Source: a virus
Lineage: Duplodnaviria > Heunggongvirae > Uroviricota > Caudoviricetes
DNA length: 61,734 nucleotides
Virus record (IMG/VR): IMGVR_UViG_2529292751_000001
Location: 1-61,734 of that record
Direction: 5' to 3' (one strand)
The notes below the pieces were generated by a model, which was not told the origin of the DNA, searched no databases, and worked only from the letters and a program-made list of their open reading frames with translations. Position numbers and translations under genes: made by a program. Shown piece by piece: positions 1-10,257 of this stretch (within the stretch, counting starts at the first letter, position 1; the number at the start of each line of letters is the position of its first letter).

Positions 1-1
1 C

Positions 2-1081
2 CGTTTCCACCTTAGATTTAATAGCGTTGCTCAATACCTCCATAGAAGCTGATTGTGACTCCACTTTATTACCTAGCTCTGTCACTTCATTTTTTGTAGC
101 CATAATCTTAATGCTCTCTTCTGTCTGTTTGAGAGATGTTTCAGCTTCCCTTAATCGAGCATCATTCTTGTCTCCAACGCCAATTACCGCTGTCAACTTA
201 TCGACCTGTGTAGATAATTTAACGCCTAGATTCATAACTGGCGCACCTGTACGGTTTCCATGGAGAATGTCTACCGTATTCCACCCTGCGTTAAATCCAA
301 GAGCAACTTTAGTTCCAACAGTATTCATGTGACCATTTTCGTATATCTTAGCTCCGTTCATATAGATGGTCAAACTATCTTCATGAGTAACATTAAAATA
401 TACAGTTTTTCTATCTTTTAAATTTACATTAGTAAAATAATGGGTGATAATATTATCGCCTGTGAAGGCTACCATACTTGAAGCATCTGGGAATTCGTTT
501 ACTTCCTTTGCACTGAGACCTTTAATTAAAGCAAAAGATGGAGCTGTATTGTCAAAATCAGTTCCTGCAACTCCATACTTTGAAGCAACCCACTTATTTA
601 AGCCTAAGTCATGCTCATATGTAGTTCTATTCACCTTTTGTTCAAGCGCTCCATTAATTTCTTCAACAGATACAGTTAAAGTATCAACGTCTTTCCCTAC
701 TTTTTGAAACTCTGTTAAATCAGCCTTATCTCTTAGCTTACTTGTTACGTCTTTGTATTCTTTCTCATAGTCCTCAACGTTAACCTTACTGTCAATCTCT
801 GACTCCATATCCGCAACTTTTCCTCTTAAATCATTCCCTACTGTTGATATGGCTTCGACTTCACTATTCAAAGTATTAATTAGGTCTTGTGCGGTTTTAA
901 TGAGTTCGGCTTGTTTGATTTGCTCATTTACTACGTCAGCCATCCCACCATCAATTAATGAATTAATTGCTGTTACTACATCAGTTTTTTCCAGTGTTTT
1001 AAGTTTAGATAAGTCTCCAACGTCTTTTACTGAAGCGTACTTCCATTCATCATTTTCTTTGTAACGAATATAGCGTGGCAT
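2..1081 (-). CDS. Virion structural / minor tail protein, 3'-truncated by window edge
   Basis: Not in ORF track because no stop lies in the window. RBS AAAGGAGG precedes ATG at 1081; the frame MPRYIRYKENDEWKYASVKDVGDL... stays open to the window edge, with coiled-coil segments and a beta-rich middle. Lies downstream of the tail tube gene behind its own sigmaA-type promoter. Confidence 0.75.
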   Translation of the reverse strand, partial: MPRYIRYKENDEWKYASVKDVGDLSKLKTLEKTDVVTAINSLIDGGMADVVNEQIKQAELIKTAQDLINTLNSEVEAISTVGNDLRGKVADMESEIDSKVNVEDYEKEYKDVTSKLRDKADLTEFQKVGKDVDTLTVSVEEINGALEQKVNRTTYEHDLGLNKWVASKYGVAGTDFDNTAPSFALIKGLSAKEVNEFPDASSMVAFTGDNIITHYFTNVNLKDRKTVYFNVTHEDSLTIYMNGAKIYENGHMNTVGTKVALGFNAGWNTVDILHGNRTGAPVMNLGVKLSTQVDKLTAVIGVGDKNDARLREAETSLKQTEESIKIMATKNEVTELGNKVESQSASMEVLSNAIKSKVET

Positions 1082-1217
1082 CTTATAGCATTCCTCCTTT
1101 TCGATTTCGCGTGGACGGAAAGTCCCATATATTCATATATTTATTATAGCAGTCTAACAAAACACCTGCAATACTTTTGTTTAATAAAATTCAGATTTTA
1201 TTAGGCTGATATAATAC

Positions 1218-1255
1218 AAAAAAAATTGGGAAGACATAATGTTATGCCTTCCCAA
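1218..1255 (-). terminator. Intrinsic terminator after tail tube gene extension
   Basis: TTGGGAAG..CTTCCCAA hairpin followed by a T8 tract on the - strand; lies just after the TAG (1260-1262) of the in-frame extension. Confidence 0.75.
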
Positions 1256-1427
1256 AATTCTATTTACCTTCAACAATAGTTGACTCTTTTTCAGATACGG
1301 TTTTTACACCGCCAGAACTCTCTTCTCCGCTTGGAGTTTCAGAGCCAGATTCTACCTCTGACTCTGAAGGTTTCTCCTCCTCTGGTGGAGGGTTAGGAAT
1401 TACAGGAGGAGAGACTGGCTCATCCTC

Positions 1428-2186
1428 TCATTCACCGATGATTTTGTAAGTAGCCATATTCTTGTCTTTATCTGGGAACAAGTCAAATGTTACTTCAAGC
1501 TTTGTAGGCTCTGTAGCAGACATTGTAATTGTAAAGTTAGATTGTGGACGAGCGTTTGGATACTCAATTTGTACGAACTCATCAGTTCCAGTTTCTTTTT
1601 CACGCATTAAAGCATCAGCAACAATGCGGTAAGCTTTAGGGAACTTATCTGCAGAGATTGAAATAGTTTTAGTCTGAGCATTCTTCGTTAGGTAGTAAAC
1701 AGCGTAAGTGTCACCTACAACTGCATCTGTAGCGAAAGTAATGTCAGAACCAGTAATAGTGAACTGACCTCCTGTTGGAGATGTAGAAACCTTGTTTAAA
1801 GGCTCATCGATATGCTCGATTAAATCTCCGCCAACTTTGATAACTGTTACAGAGTCAGCTACTGGAGTGCCTGCTAATGTAACTTTCTTGTTAGAAGTAA
1901 CACGAACAACTTCGCGCTTAGCAATGTTTGCTTCACCCTTAACAATTTCTGAACCTGCTACCATAGCTAACCATTGTAGCTCGAATACTTCCATTTCAAC
2001 TTTTAACGTACCTTGACGGTCAGCGTCCCAAGCGATAGAACGTACTCCTTTTGCGTTTGCGAATACACGCTCTGCCTGCCATTCGTTAGTAGCAACGTTA
2101 GCATAGTCAGAGAATACTGCAGGTTTACCTGTTGCTAATTCAAAAAGACTTAAATTGGCGCAATCTTTAATACCGTAAATAGCCAC
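1428..2186 (-). CDS. Major tail (tube) protein
   Basis: 252 aa; MAIYGIKDCANL start and FPKAYRIVADALMR...FVQIEYPNARPQSNFTITMSA...FDLF C-terminus resemble SPbeta-type tail tube proteins; position after head-tail genes. Confidence 0.8.
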   Translation of the reverse strand: MAIYGIKDCANLSLFELATGKPAVFSDYANVATNEWQAERVFANAKGVRSIAWDADRQGTLKVEMEVFELQWLAMVAGSEIVKGEANIAKREVVRVTSNKKVTLAGTPVADSVTVIKVGGDLIEHIDEPLNKVSTSPTGGQFTITGSDITFATDAVVGDTYAVYYLTKNAQTKTISISADKFPKAYRIVADALMREKETGTDEFVQIEYPNARPQSNFTITMSATEPTKLEVTFDLFPDKDKNMATYKIIGE

Positions 2187-2273
2187 GAAACAACACCTCT
2201 TGTTTTCTTATAATTTTTACACTACTGCAAATCTTTTGCTTAAGTGTTTATATGATAAAAGACATATAGTCTT

Positions 2274-3029
2274 TTACTTTCCGATTTTCAATGTTTCTGT
2301 CCAGTGTTTGATAGTATCTTTCATATCAAACTTTTGACTTAATTTGTAGCTCATATTAATGTTGAACGAATCCAATCCTACAACACTCTTATAAGCGTTC
2401 TGCAATTGATAGTAAGTCATCATATCAATCTGTGTGAGCGGTATAAATGTCGAACCGCCAAAAGCAGTAAAGTTTATAATATCTTGAAGATATATAGCTT
2501 CTCTTTCGGCTTTTCTTCTTCTACCTTTTTGGAGCTTATCCCAAATATCCTTTTGTCTAGGAGTCATATTTTTAGGAGGCTTTTCAACCTCAATATCTTT
2601 ACGCCCTACAACACTTTGAATAGCATTTCGAACTGTATTAAACTCAGCCTCATCAATTAGATAAGAATTGTTAATAACTATCTTCATTCTATTCTCTAAT
2701 ATTTGGACATCGTCAGTCTTAAAGAAGAATTGAAGACTTTCTTTAAGTACGCCCAAAGCGCCCTTCCCATCAAAAATACCATCTAGAAATCCACCATCTT
2801 CAGTTTTAGCAAAGAATAACTGAAATACAGTAAACTTTTCTATTAACTCTTCTTCATTCTCAACGCCACTAAATATAGCATCTAGAGTCAAAGTGTAAGG
2901 CATAATATATTCACTGAAACCTCTTTCTCCAATATCAACGACATCTCGGATTAACGGTTGATGAACAAATATATTATGCTCTTCACTTACAGAGATAGGT
3001 CTTCCCATTAATAACTTTAGTTTATCCAT
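2274..3029 (-). CDS. Conserved phage tail-region protein (possible assembly chaperone)
   Basis: 251 aa ORF with RBS in the morphogenesis operon; function inferred from position only. Confidence 0.6.
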   Translation of the reverse strand: MDKLKLLMGRPISVSEEHNIFVHQPLIRDVVDIGERGFSEYIMPYTLTLDAIFSGVENEEELIEKFTVFQLFFAKTEDGGFLDGIFDGKGALGVLKESLQFFFKTDDVQILENRMKIVINNSYLIDEAEFNTVRNAIQSVVGRKDIEVEKPPKNMTPRQKDIWDKLQKGRRRKAEREAIYLQDIINFTAFGGSTFIPLTQIDMMTYYQLQNAYKSVVGLDSFNINMSYKLSQKFDMKDTIKHWTETLKIGK

Positions 3030-3037
3030 ACTGCCAC

Positions 3038-3553
3038 CTACTTAAAATCTGTAACAGTAAATGCAATGGAGTAACCGCCAAACTTATTATTATGCATCCA
3101 TAGTTCATTTACATATCGCATTTTCAGTTCGCCCATTCCTAGACCTTTTGTTCCCTCGAACATCTTAACGATTTCACCAAGCATTAAATCTTGTCTAACA
3201 CCAGTGTCTGTACGCATTAAATCATGATGAGTGAACATATAGAAATACAATTCACCACTCAGATAGTCGTCAAAGGTTTTAAACCCTTCTTGATGTCGCC
3301 TAAAACCGTTAACACCCAACGTTAAAAACGTTTTCTGTTCATCAACGGTAGCAGGGACAAATCTATAAGGAAATATGTTCGTATGCATCAATTCGTCTGG
3401 GTCTTCTAAACTGGGTTTAAATAAAGCATCTCTAGTACTATATTTTATTAGCTTTGTTAATTTATCAGATTCAAGTACGCGATTTAAGATTTCCATCTTA
3501 TACTCGCCAAGTTTTTCAACTGTTGATACTCCGTACTTTGTCAACTTTTTCAC
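3038..3553 (-). CDS. Putative tail completion/terminator protein
   Basis: 171 aa; position between head-tail joining genes and tail tube. Confidence 0.55.
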   Translation of the reverse strand: MKKLTKYGVSTVEKLGEYKMEILNRVLESDKLTKLIKYSTRDALFKPSLEDPDELMHTNIFPYRFVPATVDEQKTFLTLGVNGFRRHQEGFKTFDDYLSGELYFYMFTHHDLMRTDTGVRQDLMLGEIVKMFEGTKGLGMGELKMRYVNELWMHNNKFGGYSIAFTVTDFK

Positions 3554-3561
3554 CCTTTCTA

Positions 3562-4560
3562 CTAATATGGACTAACGATTCGAACTGTCTTAGAGCCAAC
3601 TGTACCGTCCTTAGATGTGGCAACTACGTTAATAGTTAAACCAACTTTTCTAAAGTCTTTGACAATCCTAAGCTTGATACTATTCGCTGTCTGCTCAACT
3701 ATTTCAGCAGATGAATCTATATCGGCAATTGTCCAATCGACCTCTTCATCGACTTCTGTTCCATCATGGAAAATCTTAGCCTCATATTGTACAAGAGCGC
3801 CTATTCTAGCATTGTCTGCACCACTAACAATAACTTCTTTAGCTACGTTAGAAGGCTTTTCGTCTACATCCTTATCTGGATTAATAACATCGTAATAATC
3901 TGCAATTTCAAGTTCAATATTATCTCTTTCTGGATTAACGAAGTCTTGCTCTAAAAGGTAGTTAATTAAACCTTTACGAGAGACATTGTCTTTGAACATT
4001 ACTTGGAATACCATGCCACCAATAAAGATACGTTGACCAATTTTAATAGCCATTGTCTCCCTATTATTCTGCATGTACATCATCATCTTTCCGTTTACAA
4101 TCCAAGAGTAGTAACCACTCGTACTAACCCCTAATGTATACAACGTCTGGTTCTGAATGAACGCAGGAACGCCATTACCATCGCCACAAACTTTACCATC
4201 GACCATCCATTTGATGACTTGGTTAGAAGATTTCATCTTCGCTTGCTTGTGTGAGTTAATTGTCTTGTATTCTTCTGTAAAGACCATCCAAGTCTTATCT
4301 CGCCACTCAACATAAGAACCAACCTTCATATTACTATCGTTTTCAGTGATGATATATTTATCATCCGATAGGTCTTTGTTATTGTTCTGGTTGACATCTT
4401 GGAAAACAGCAGTTTGCTCAATTCCATCAATTTTAACCATTTCTCTATTGATTGTATTATTGAAATATAGTTCAAATTCCCTCTTCTGTTGATTCAAACT
4501 TCTTTCAAATGCAGTATTACCCTTAAGGCTCATTCTCTTTCTAAAAGTAGAATAATACAT
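3562..4560 (-). CDS. Putative head closure/head-tail joining protein with C-terminal Ig-like region
   Basis: 332 aa; beta-rich N-terminus (MKVGSYVEWRDKTWMV) and Ig-like C-terminus (VDWTI...TINVVAT); synteny. Confidence 0.6.
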   Translation of the reverse strand: MYYSTFRKRMSLKGNTAFERSLNQQKREFELYFNNTINREMVKIDGIEQTAVFQDVNQNNNKDLSDDKYIITENDSNMKVGSYVEWRDKTWMVFTEEYKTINSHKQAKMKSSNQVIKWMVDGKVCGDGNGVPAFIQNQTLYTLGVSTSGYYSWIVNGKMMMYMQNNRETMAIKIGQRIFIGGMVFQVMFKDNVSRKGLINYLLEQDFVNPERDNIELEIADYYDVINPDKDVDEKPSNVAKEVIVSGADNARIGALVQYEAKIFHDGTEVDEEVDWTIADIDSSAEIVEQTANSIKLRIVKDFRKVGLTINVVATSKDGTVGSKTVRIVSPY

Positions 4561-4561
4561 A

Positions 4562-4996
4562 TTACCACCCCTCTAGTGAGAAGTTTTTATATGTGTACTC
4601 AACTGCGTATCTACGAACCTCATCTTCCATATCTTTATCGAGTTTAGATAGTTCTTTTAAATATGTAGTACCCTGTACAGCCTTAAAATCTCTGTCACCA
4701 ACTGTTTTACTCATTAAGTCGGCACTATTTTTCTTAGTAGATAACCAAGCTCTTTTCATGCCAAGTGCTAAAATAAATTGCTCTTGAGAACTTAAGTCCT
4801 CCGCAAATTCACCTATACCATTTTCTTCAACAATGTTTTCTAAGTCTTTTTTGCATTGAGGAAAATATAAGCTTCTAGCTGTATCAAGAAAACCAAAGAG
4901 AACTTCGCTTAGTTCGTCATCCCCAAGCAAGCCAAATTCATAGTCATCGATAGAAGCTAGAAACTTTTTATAAATAGAATCAAAAGATGTCGCCAC
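4562..4996 (-). CDS. Putative head-tail adaptor
   Basis: 144 aa helical protein (MATSFDSIYKKFLASIDDY) downstream of capsid genes. Confidence 0.6.
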   Translation of the reverse strand: MATSFDSIYKKFLASIDDYEFGLLGDDELSEVLFGFLDTARSLYFPQCKKDLENIVEENGIGEFAEDLSSQEQFILALGMKRAWLSTKKNSADLMSKTVGDRDFKAVQGTTYLKELSKLDKDMEDEVRRYAVEYTYKNFSLEGW

Positions 4997-5010
4997 TGCA
5001 ACACCCCCTA

Positions 5011-5646
5011 TTAAATTTCAATTTCATCATCGATTTCAGTTTCTTCTGCATCATCGAATAGGTCTTCGTTAACATATCCTTCGATTACTTTCATCTTCGT
5101 GTAATCTCCGAACTCATCAAGTTTGAATAGTTTAACAGATGTTTCAATTACTTTAGCGCGCAATTTAGGACTCATAGATTCCATGACTTCCTTAAATTTC
5201 TTCGCACTTGTTCTCTGAATGAAGTTTTTGATAGCGTCTGGGTCAGCATCTCCATTGGACAGCGCATATAACTCATCGTATATTTTAGTCAATCCAAGGT
5301 ATCCAAGGACATCTTCTAGCGTATATTCTGGGTCTAATACCTCTGTGATAATGATTGAGAAACCTTCCAAGTTTTTTCTACCAGAGTTAGCTAGTGCTCG
5401 TAAATCACCTACTGAAACTTCTGTTTCATCGCCATGTTTCTCCATGTCAATGCGTTCAGTCATTCTAGCATTCTCATAGAAGAATTGACCAAATGAATTA
5501 TTCACGACAATACACATAGTATCTCGGTCTACATTTACGCGTCTTCGAACTGGTTTCTTTTCTAGTCGTTCACGATTCTGTCTTTCATTTGATTGAAAGC
5601 GCCCTTTCGGCTTACGATTGCTGTTGCTATAATTACGTTTTTCCAT
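5011..5646 (-). CDS. Conserved phage protein downstream of major capsid gene
   Basis: Start refined to ATG 5646 after GGGAGAG RBS; SPbeta-like synteny. Confidence 0.65.
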   Translation of the reverse strand: MEKRNYSNSNRKPKGRFQSNERQNRERLEKKPVRRRVNVDRDTMCIVVNNSFGQFFYENARMTERIDMEKHGDETEVSVGDLRALANSGRKNLEGFSIIITEVLDPEYTLEDVLGYLGLTKIYDELYALSNGDADPDAIKNFIQRTSAKKFKEVMESMSPKLRAKVIETSVKLFKLDEFGDYTKMKVIEGYVNEDLFDDAEETEIDDEIEI

Positions 5647-5766
5647 AACACAACTCTCCCTCTCTTTGTGCAATACTTTTGTTTAATTATAGAGGGGCTA
5701 CATAATTTAACCCCTCTATAATAGAATATCACAAACTCCTAAAGTCTGCAATACTTTTGTTTAAAA

Positions 5767-6750
5767 CTATTGGATTTTGTACATTCCGTAAACTGCAGAA
5801 CGAACTACACCAAGACCGAATTTCTTCATTAATTGGTGTTCCATTTGTTGGTCGTTACGCGCTCCTGCTTCAGCAGTTTCAAGCATAATAGACTCACCCT
5901 CAACAACAACCTTGATTAATTTTTCCCCTTGAGGAACAACTAATAACATGTTGTCGTCTACAGCGAATTCTTCTGTACCAACTTTGTACGCTTGTGGAAG
6001 TAAGATTAAATCAGTTCCAGAGAACGTACCGATGTAACCAACTTGGTTCATCTTGTCTTTCATACCATCTGAAAGGTCTAACGCTTTAGAAATCTTACGT
6101 AGAGCTTTCTTAGTTCCCATAACAACAGCTTTCTTCCCAGACTTCGTTTCAACATGTTGAATCATGCTGAATAACTTGTCTTCATCGTAAGCTCCAGTTA
6201 CACCGAAAGTAGCATTTAGTGTAGTGTAAGACTTAGCGATACCTTCATAGATACGAGTACCCATGTCGTTAACGTAAGATTGAGCAATGCGGTCAACCAT
6301 AGCAGTCCAATCCACTAAACCAGCGATGAACATCTCAAGCTCAGAGTAGATTTTAGTACCGAACCAGTCAGTATCTACAGTGAAGTTACCGTTTAGTAAT
6401 TTCTGTCTACGGAAGTCGTTGTTTCCGCCTGCTACGCGCGAGATACGGAATAGAGACTTATCTTCAACAGTAAATACTAATTTGTCGCCAGTAGCGATAT
6501 TGCGTACTTCTGCTAAGCTATCAAATTGGTTTGTTACAATGATTCCAGTTACTACGTCTACTGCTTCTGTGATAACGCGGAATAATTTATATTTATTTTC
6601 TTGGTAGTTGTAGAAATTAAATTCTCCACCTACTGCATCAAGAATAATATTGCGAAGTGCATCTTCGCCTGTTACATTATTAAATTTAACGTTTTTGCCT
6701 TGATATACATCTAAAGCTAAACGCTGTAATTCAGTCATTTTTGCTTTCAT
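5767..6750 (-). CDS. Major capsid protein
   Basis: 327 aa; size, position after protease/scaffold and decoration genes, HK97-like sequence character (FTVDTDWFGTKIYSELEMF, GYIGTFSGTDLILLPQ), strong RBS GGAAGGTGA. Confidence 0.85.
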   Translation of the reverse strand: MKAKMTELQRLALDVYQGKNVKFNNVTGEDALRNIILDAVGGEFNFYNYQENKYKLFRVITEAVDVVTGIIVTNQFDSLAEVRNIATGDKLVFTVEDKSLFRISRVAGGNNDFRRQKLLNGNFTVDTDWFGTKIYSELEMFIAGLVDWTAMVDRIAQSYVNDMGTRIYEGIAKSYTTLNATFGVTGAYDEDKLFSMIQHVETKSGKKAVVMGTKKALRKISKALDLSDGMKDKMNQVGYIGTFSGTDLILLPQAYKVGTEEFAVDDNMLLVVPQGEKLIKVVVEGESIMLETAEAGARNDQQMEHQLMKKFGLGVVRSAVYGMYKIQ

Positions 6751-6864
6751 AAAGCGTATTCACCTTCCGTTGTTAAATATAGTTTTTATTTTTTTACAGG
6801 AGCTACCCCGAACCTACTATTCTTTCACTTCTGGAGTTACAGGAGGAGTAGGTTCATTAGTAAT

Positions 6865-7308
6865 TCACTTAGTAGAAATGCGGATAACAGCTAATTCTCC
6901 TGCATACATGTCTTTATCGATAGCGATAATTTCACCATGTAAACCTGCAGGCGTACCAACCTTAAATCCATTAGCATCAGGAACTACAAGAGCGCCTTTT
7001 GCTAGAGCGCCAGAAACGCCTTTCTTTTCAATAGAGATAATATCCCCTTCTTCAAGAACGAATCCACGACCAACTTTTCCTTTTTCAAGAACGAAGTCTA
7101 GTTCATTTTGGCGTTCCCAGTAAGTTAATGGTACAGAAGCGTGGAATACTAATTTCTTAGTTACATCTCCAGATGGAGTAACTTTTCGAGCCTCTCCGTC
7201 AGCTTCTAATGCTCCAAGAGCAACGAATTGACCATTTACTAAATCTACATCAGCGATGATAGATTCTAAGTGAGCAGTTGATTTAATCTTGTCTAAACGA
7301 ACGTACAC
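6865..7308 (-). CDS. Capsid decoration/cement protein
   Basis: 147 aa beta-rich protein (DLVNGQFVALG, GKVGRGFVLEEGDIIS) between scaffold and capsid genes; ends in TGA with an in-frame extension (see findings). Confidence 0.7.
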   Translation of the reverse strand: MYVRLDKIKSTAHLESIIADVDLVNGQFVALGALEADGEARKVTPSGDVTKKLVFHASVPLTYWERQNELDFVLEKGKVGRGFVLEEGDIISIEKKGVSGALAKGALVVPDANGFKVGTPAGLHGEIIAIDKDMYAGELAVIRISTK

Positions 7309-7336
7309 TAATATGCACCCTTTCTAATCTTCTAAA

Positions 7337-8707
7337 TTATTTTGTGAAATATGTTGATAGCGAACCATACGGTAGATTTGCATCTGTATTAGTTGCATGA
7401 ACACGATTTCGAGTCTCTTGCGTATTAGCAGAGAATTTGTCTTTCTTAAGAAGCATGAATCCAATTTCTTTCTCAATTTCTACAAGAGAGAAAGTAGCTA
7501 GGTTTGCTTCAATCGCCTCAAACTCATCCTTAGATAAAGCAGACGCATAACTAGCAAGCTTGTCTTTCTTCTCAGCCAATTCAACATTAGCTTTGAAAGT
7601 ACGAAGTTCATCAGCTTCATCTGTTAAAGTCTGATACTTAGCTTTTAAATCAGCTAATTCAGCCTCTACAGCTTCAAACTTTTTCTTCTCCTCGTCTTCT
7701 TTAGACTTGTCAGCTTTAGACTTCTTCTCGTCCTCATCTTCCTCATCATCAGAAGCAAACTTTTTCTTTTCGTCCTCTTCTTCGTCCTCAGACTCACCAG
7801 ATTTAGAAGCTTTTTTAGCCTCTTTCTCTTTTTCATCTTCGTCATCATCAGCGAACTTTTTCTTAGCCTTCTCTTTTTCTTCTTCCTCTTTTGCCTTAGC
7901 TTTCGCTTCTTCATCATCGGAAGTAGCTTCTGGAGATTTAGCTTTTGCTTTCTCAGCCTCTAATTTCTTTTTCTCTTCCTCATCCTTCTTAGCGAAGTCT
8001 GGGTTAGTATTCAGTTTTGTCAAAGTTACACCACCTTCGGAATTGTTATCTGCAGAGAAGTAACTATTAAACTCTGCAAGCATTTCTTTCATCTCAGATT
8101 TAACACTGTTAGCAACTGAGAATTTCTCAACGGTACTTGACACCATAGCAGGAGTAACTCCTTCACCTAAGATGCAAGCGCCTTCAAATTTAGCTTGTGT
8201 AAACACGAATAAGCCCTCATCGTCAAGGTAACCCTTGATACTTGAAGGGGCTAATTCCATAGACTGTGACTTGAAACCACCGTCTCTATCGAAAATCTCA
8301 GATATCTCCTTGAACTTATTCCAAAGGATTCCGTTAACTACGAGATATTCTCTTTCAATGCCATCTTCACCATACTTGGTTTCGAATCTAGCATTGTTTG
8401 CCTCTGGAATTACACCATAGGCATGACCAACATACTTGATGTTAAATTCTCCATTTTCAATTACAAGTCGCTCTTCGTGACCTGCAAAGTCAGTGCCAAT
8501 ATCTTCTGTTGGAGTTAAGTATCCAAGGATAGGCACATTGGCTAATGATGGAATCATAGATTCTAAAACCTGCTTTGAGAAAATGGAGTTGTTTCTGTTT
8601 TCACCAACATGTGCAATCCAGATTTTCACTGTCATGAATCTGTCATCTAGAACATTTTTTATCTGTTCAAATTTAATTGGTAGACTAGTATTAACTAATT
8701 TCACCAT
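7337..8707 (-). CDS. Prohead protease fused to scaffold domain
   Basis: N-terminal VKIWIAHVGENRNNS...SQSMEL...FEGACILG protease-like domain; C-terminal highly charged K/E/D repeats and coiled coil; start refined to ATG 8707 after GGGTGGTG RBS. Confidence 0.8.
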   Translation of the reverse strand: MVKLVNTSLPIKFEQIKNVLDDRFMTVKIWIAHVGENRNNSIFSKQVLESMIPSLANVPILGYLTPTEDIGTDFAGHEERLVIENGEFNIKYVGHAYGVIPEANNARFETKYGEDGIEREYLVVNGILWNKFKEISEIFDRDGGFKSQSMELAPSSIKGYLDDEGLFVFTQAKFEGACILGEGVTPAMVSSTVEKFSVANSVKSEMKEMLAEFNSYFSADNNSEGGVTLTKLNTNPDFAKKDEEEKKKLEAEKAKAKSPEATSDDEEAKAKAKEEEEKEKAKKKFADDDEDEKEKEAKKASKSGESEDEEEDEKKKFASDDEEDEDEKKSKADKSKEDEEKKKFEAVEAELADLKAKYQTLTDEADELRTFKANVELAEKKDKLASYASALSKDEFEAIEANLATFSLVEIEKEIGFMLLKKDKFSANTQETRNRVHATNTDANLPYGSLSTYFTK

Positions 8708-8721
8708 TTCACCACCCTTCA

Positions 8722-10257
8722 CTATTCAGCATCTTTAATACGAACAGTGGTATCAGTTGGTTTTTCTGATTGCGGTCTCCCCTTCTCTTTTTCTTGAGCT
8801 TCATTTCCGCTCATTGTATGAGAAGTTTGTTTCGCAATCATAAGGTCATCAATCGTTAAGATTTGCTGTTCAAAGACTAGCATTGTAGCAAATTCTAATG
8901 GAGTCATTCCGCAATAAGCTAGATACTCCATACGAGAACCACCAAACGAAAGTTGGTCTTTAGCAGTCTTAATTGCTTCATCTCTATCAAAGTGTGAAAT
9001 GTTTAAGAATTTCGCTTTCCAAATGACTGTCTTTTTACTTGCCTTTCTTAGCTCATAATTGTAATAATTGGTGAACATAGGAAGTAAGAAGCTATACAGC
9101 CATTGGCAATCTACTTGAATAGAACGTTCTAAAGCTTGAGAACTAGAATTGTCATCAGCGAATAGCTGAGGCGATACACCTGCGCCCTTATAAAGTTGCT
9201 CAGATGTTTTATCTAGCAACGAGAACTTACCATCTTTACCAGTCCCATTAAGCGTAATACCTCTCGTATCGAAAGGATTCGTAATCGCTACAGAACCTTC
9301 TGGCAAACTCTTTTTTAGAGCATTATGATATTCGTGAACTACTGGAAGCTCCATTAAAGGTCTTCCTTTGTCATCAGTTTCAATTTTAGAATGGACAATT
9401 TTGGAGTTATCAAGTTTATCTGTATCTTCCATTTTGTCTTTCGCATTCTCAATTTTGATTGCATCGATAAGAGCATTTGCAATAGGTGGTAAAGCCATAC
9501 CTCCGTTAGCTAAAACATCAGTATCGATTGTGAATGCTACACCTTTGTCCGATACTTGATACCATCGTCCGTCAATCAATTTTTCAGTTTGACCATTTTT
9601 ATAAGACGTATAAGCGTTCTGCAACTCTTTTGGGAATACCTCAAAGTTAGCATCAGAAATCTTTGTTACGTCAAATTGGAATCGATATACACCATCTTCT
9701 TCGTATCCGACACGACAGAAAGCTGTAGGAATATCTTGATAAACAACACCCTTTGAATCTTCCAATTTATACTGATATGTAACACCAGTAGTGAACAGTT
9801 TCTCTGTAAATATTGGGAGATTGTATTTAGGATTTAGCCTATCTAGAAAGATAGCTGTTTGAATAAAAGATTCCTGCGTTTTCTTAATATCGCTAGATTT
9901 AATCTTCATAGGATTCGTAAGAACTGGGTAAAGAACATGGTCGAACGTTAGTAAGCTACTCATATACTTGATGATTCGCTTATACATACCGTTGACCTGT
10001 TTCATAGAAGACGATAGCCCTGCAACTTGTACAGCGCTCTTAGCAGGGTCTTGAAGCATTGTCTTGAGACGAGATTCGCTCATACCTCTTGCTCCATTAT
10101 TACCGCCACTAGAGCCTTTAAAGTTTGCTGAGGCTGATGCGAACTTAGAATGTTCTAGCATCGAATTTGACTTCTCGCTATTATTATTCTTGCGTCTTCG
10201 CTTGTAATAGTTGTTAGTATTACGATTATTCAACGCTTCTTCACCTACCATAAGCAA
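8722..10257 (-). CDS. Portal protein
   Basis: 511 aa between terminase and protease; C-terminal KGRP motif; start uncertain (possibly later TTG). Confidence 0.8.
   Translation of the reverse strand: MLMVGEEALNNRNTNNYYKRRRKNNNSEKSNSMLEHSKFASASANFKGSSGGNNGARGMSESRLKTMLQDPAKSAVQVAGLSSSMKQVNGMYKRIIKYMSSLLTFDHVLYPVLTNPMKIKSSDIKKTQESFIQTAIFLDRLNPKYNLPIFTEKLFTTGVTYQYKLEDSKGVVYQDIPTAFCRVGYEEDGVYRFQFDVTKISDANFEVFPKELQNAYTSYKNGQTEKLIDGRWYQVSDKGVAFTIDTDVLANGGMALPPIANALIDAIKIENAKDKMEDTDKLDNSKIVHSKIETDDKGRPLMELPVVHEYHNALKKSLPEGSVAITNPFDTRGITLNGTGKDGKFSLLDKTSEQLYKGAGVSPQLFADDNSSSQALERSIQVDCQWLYSFLLPMFTNYYNYELRKASKKTVIWKAKFLNISHFDRDEAIKTAKDQLSFGGSRMEYLAYCGMTPLEFATMLVFEQQILTIDDLMIAKQTSHTMSGNEAQEKEKGRPQSEKPTDTTVRIKDAE

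Noticed and set aside
2186-3029. Classical -1 frameshift tail-assembly-chaperone pair
   Set aside because: No overlapping ORF pair or slippery site identified next to the tail tube gene within the window.
7666-8063. Lys/Arg-rich (7666-7917, -) and Ser/Phe-rich (7707-8063, +) ORFs
   Set aside because: Alternative frames of the low-complexity K/E/D scaffold segment.
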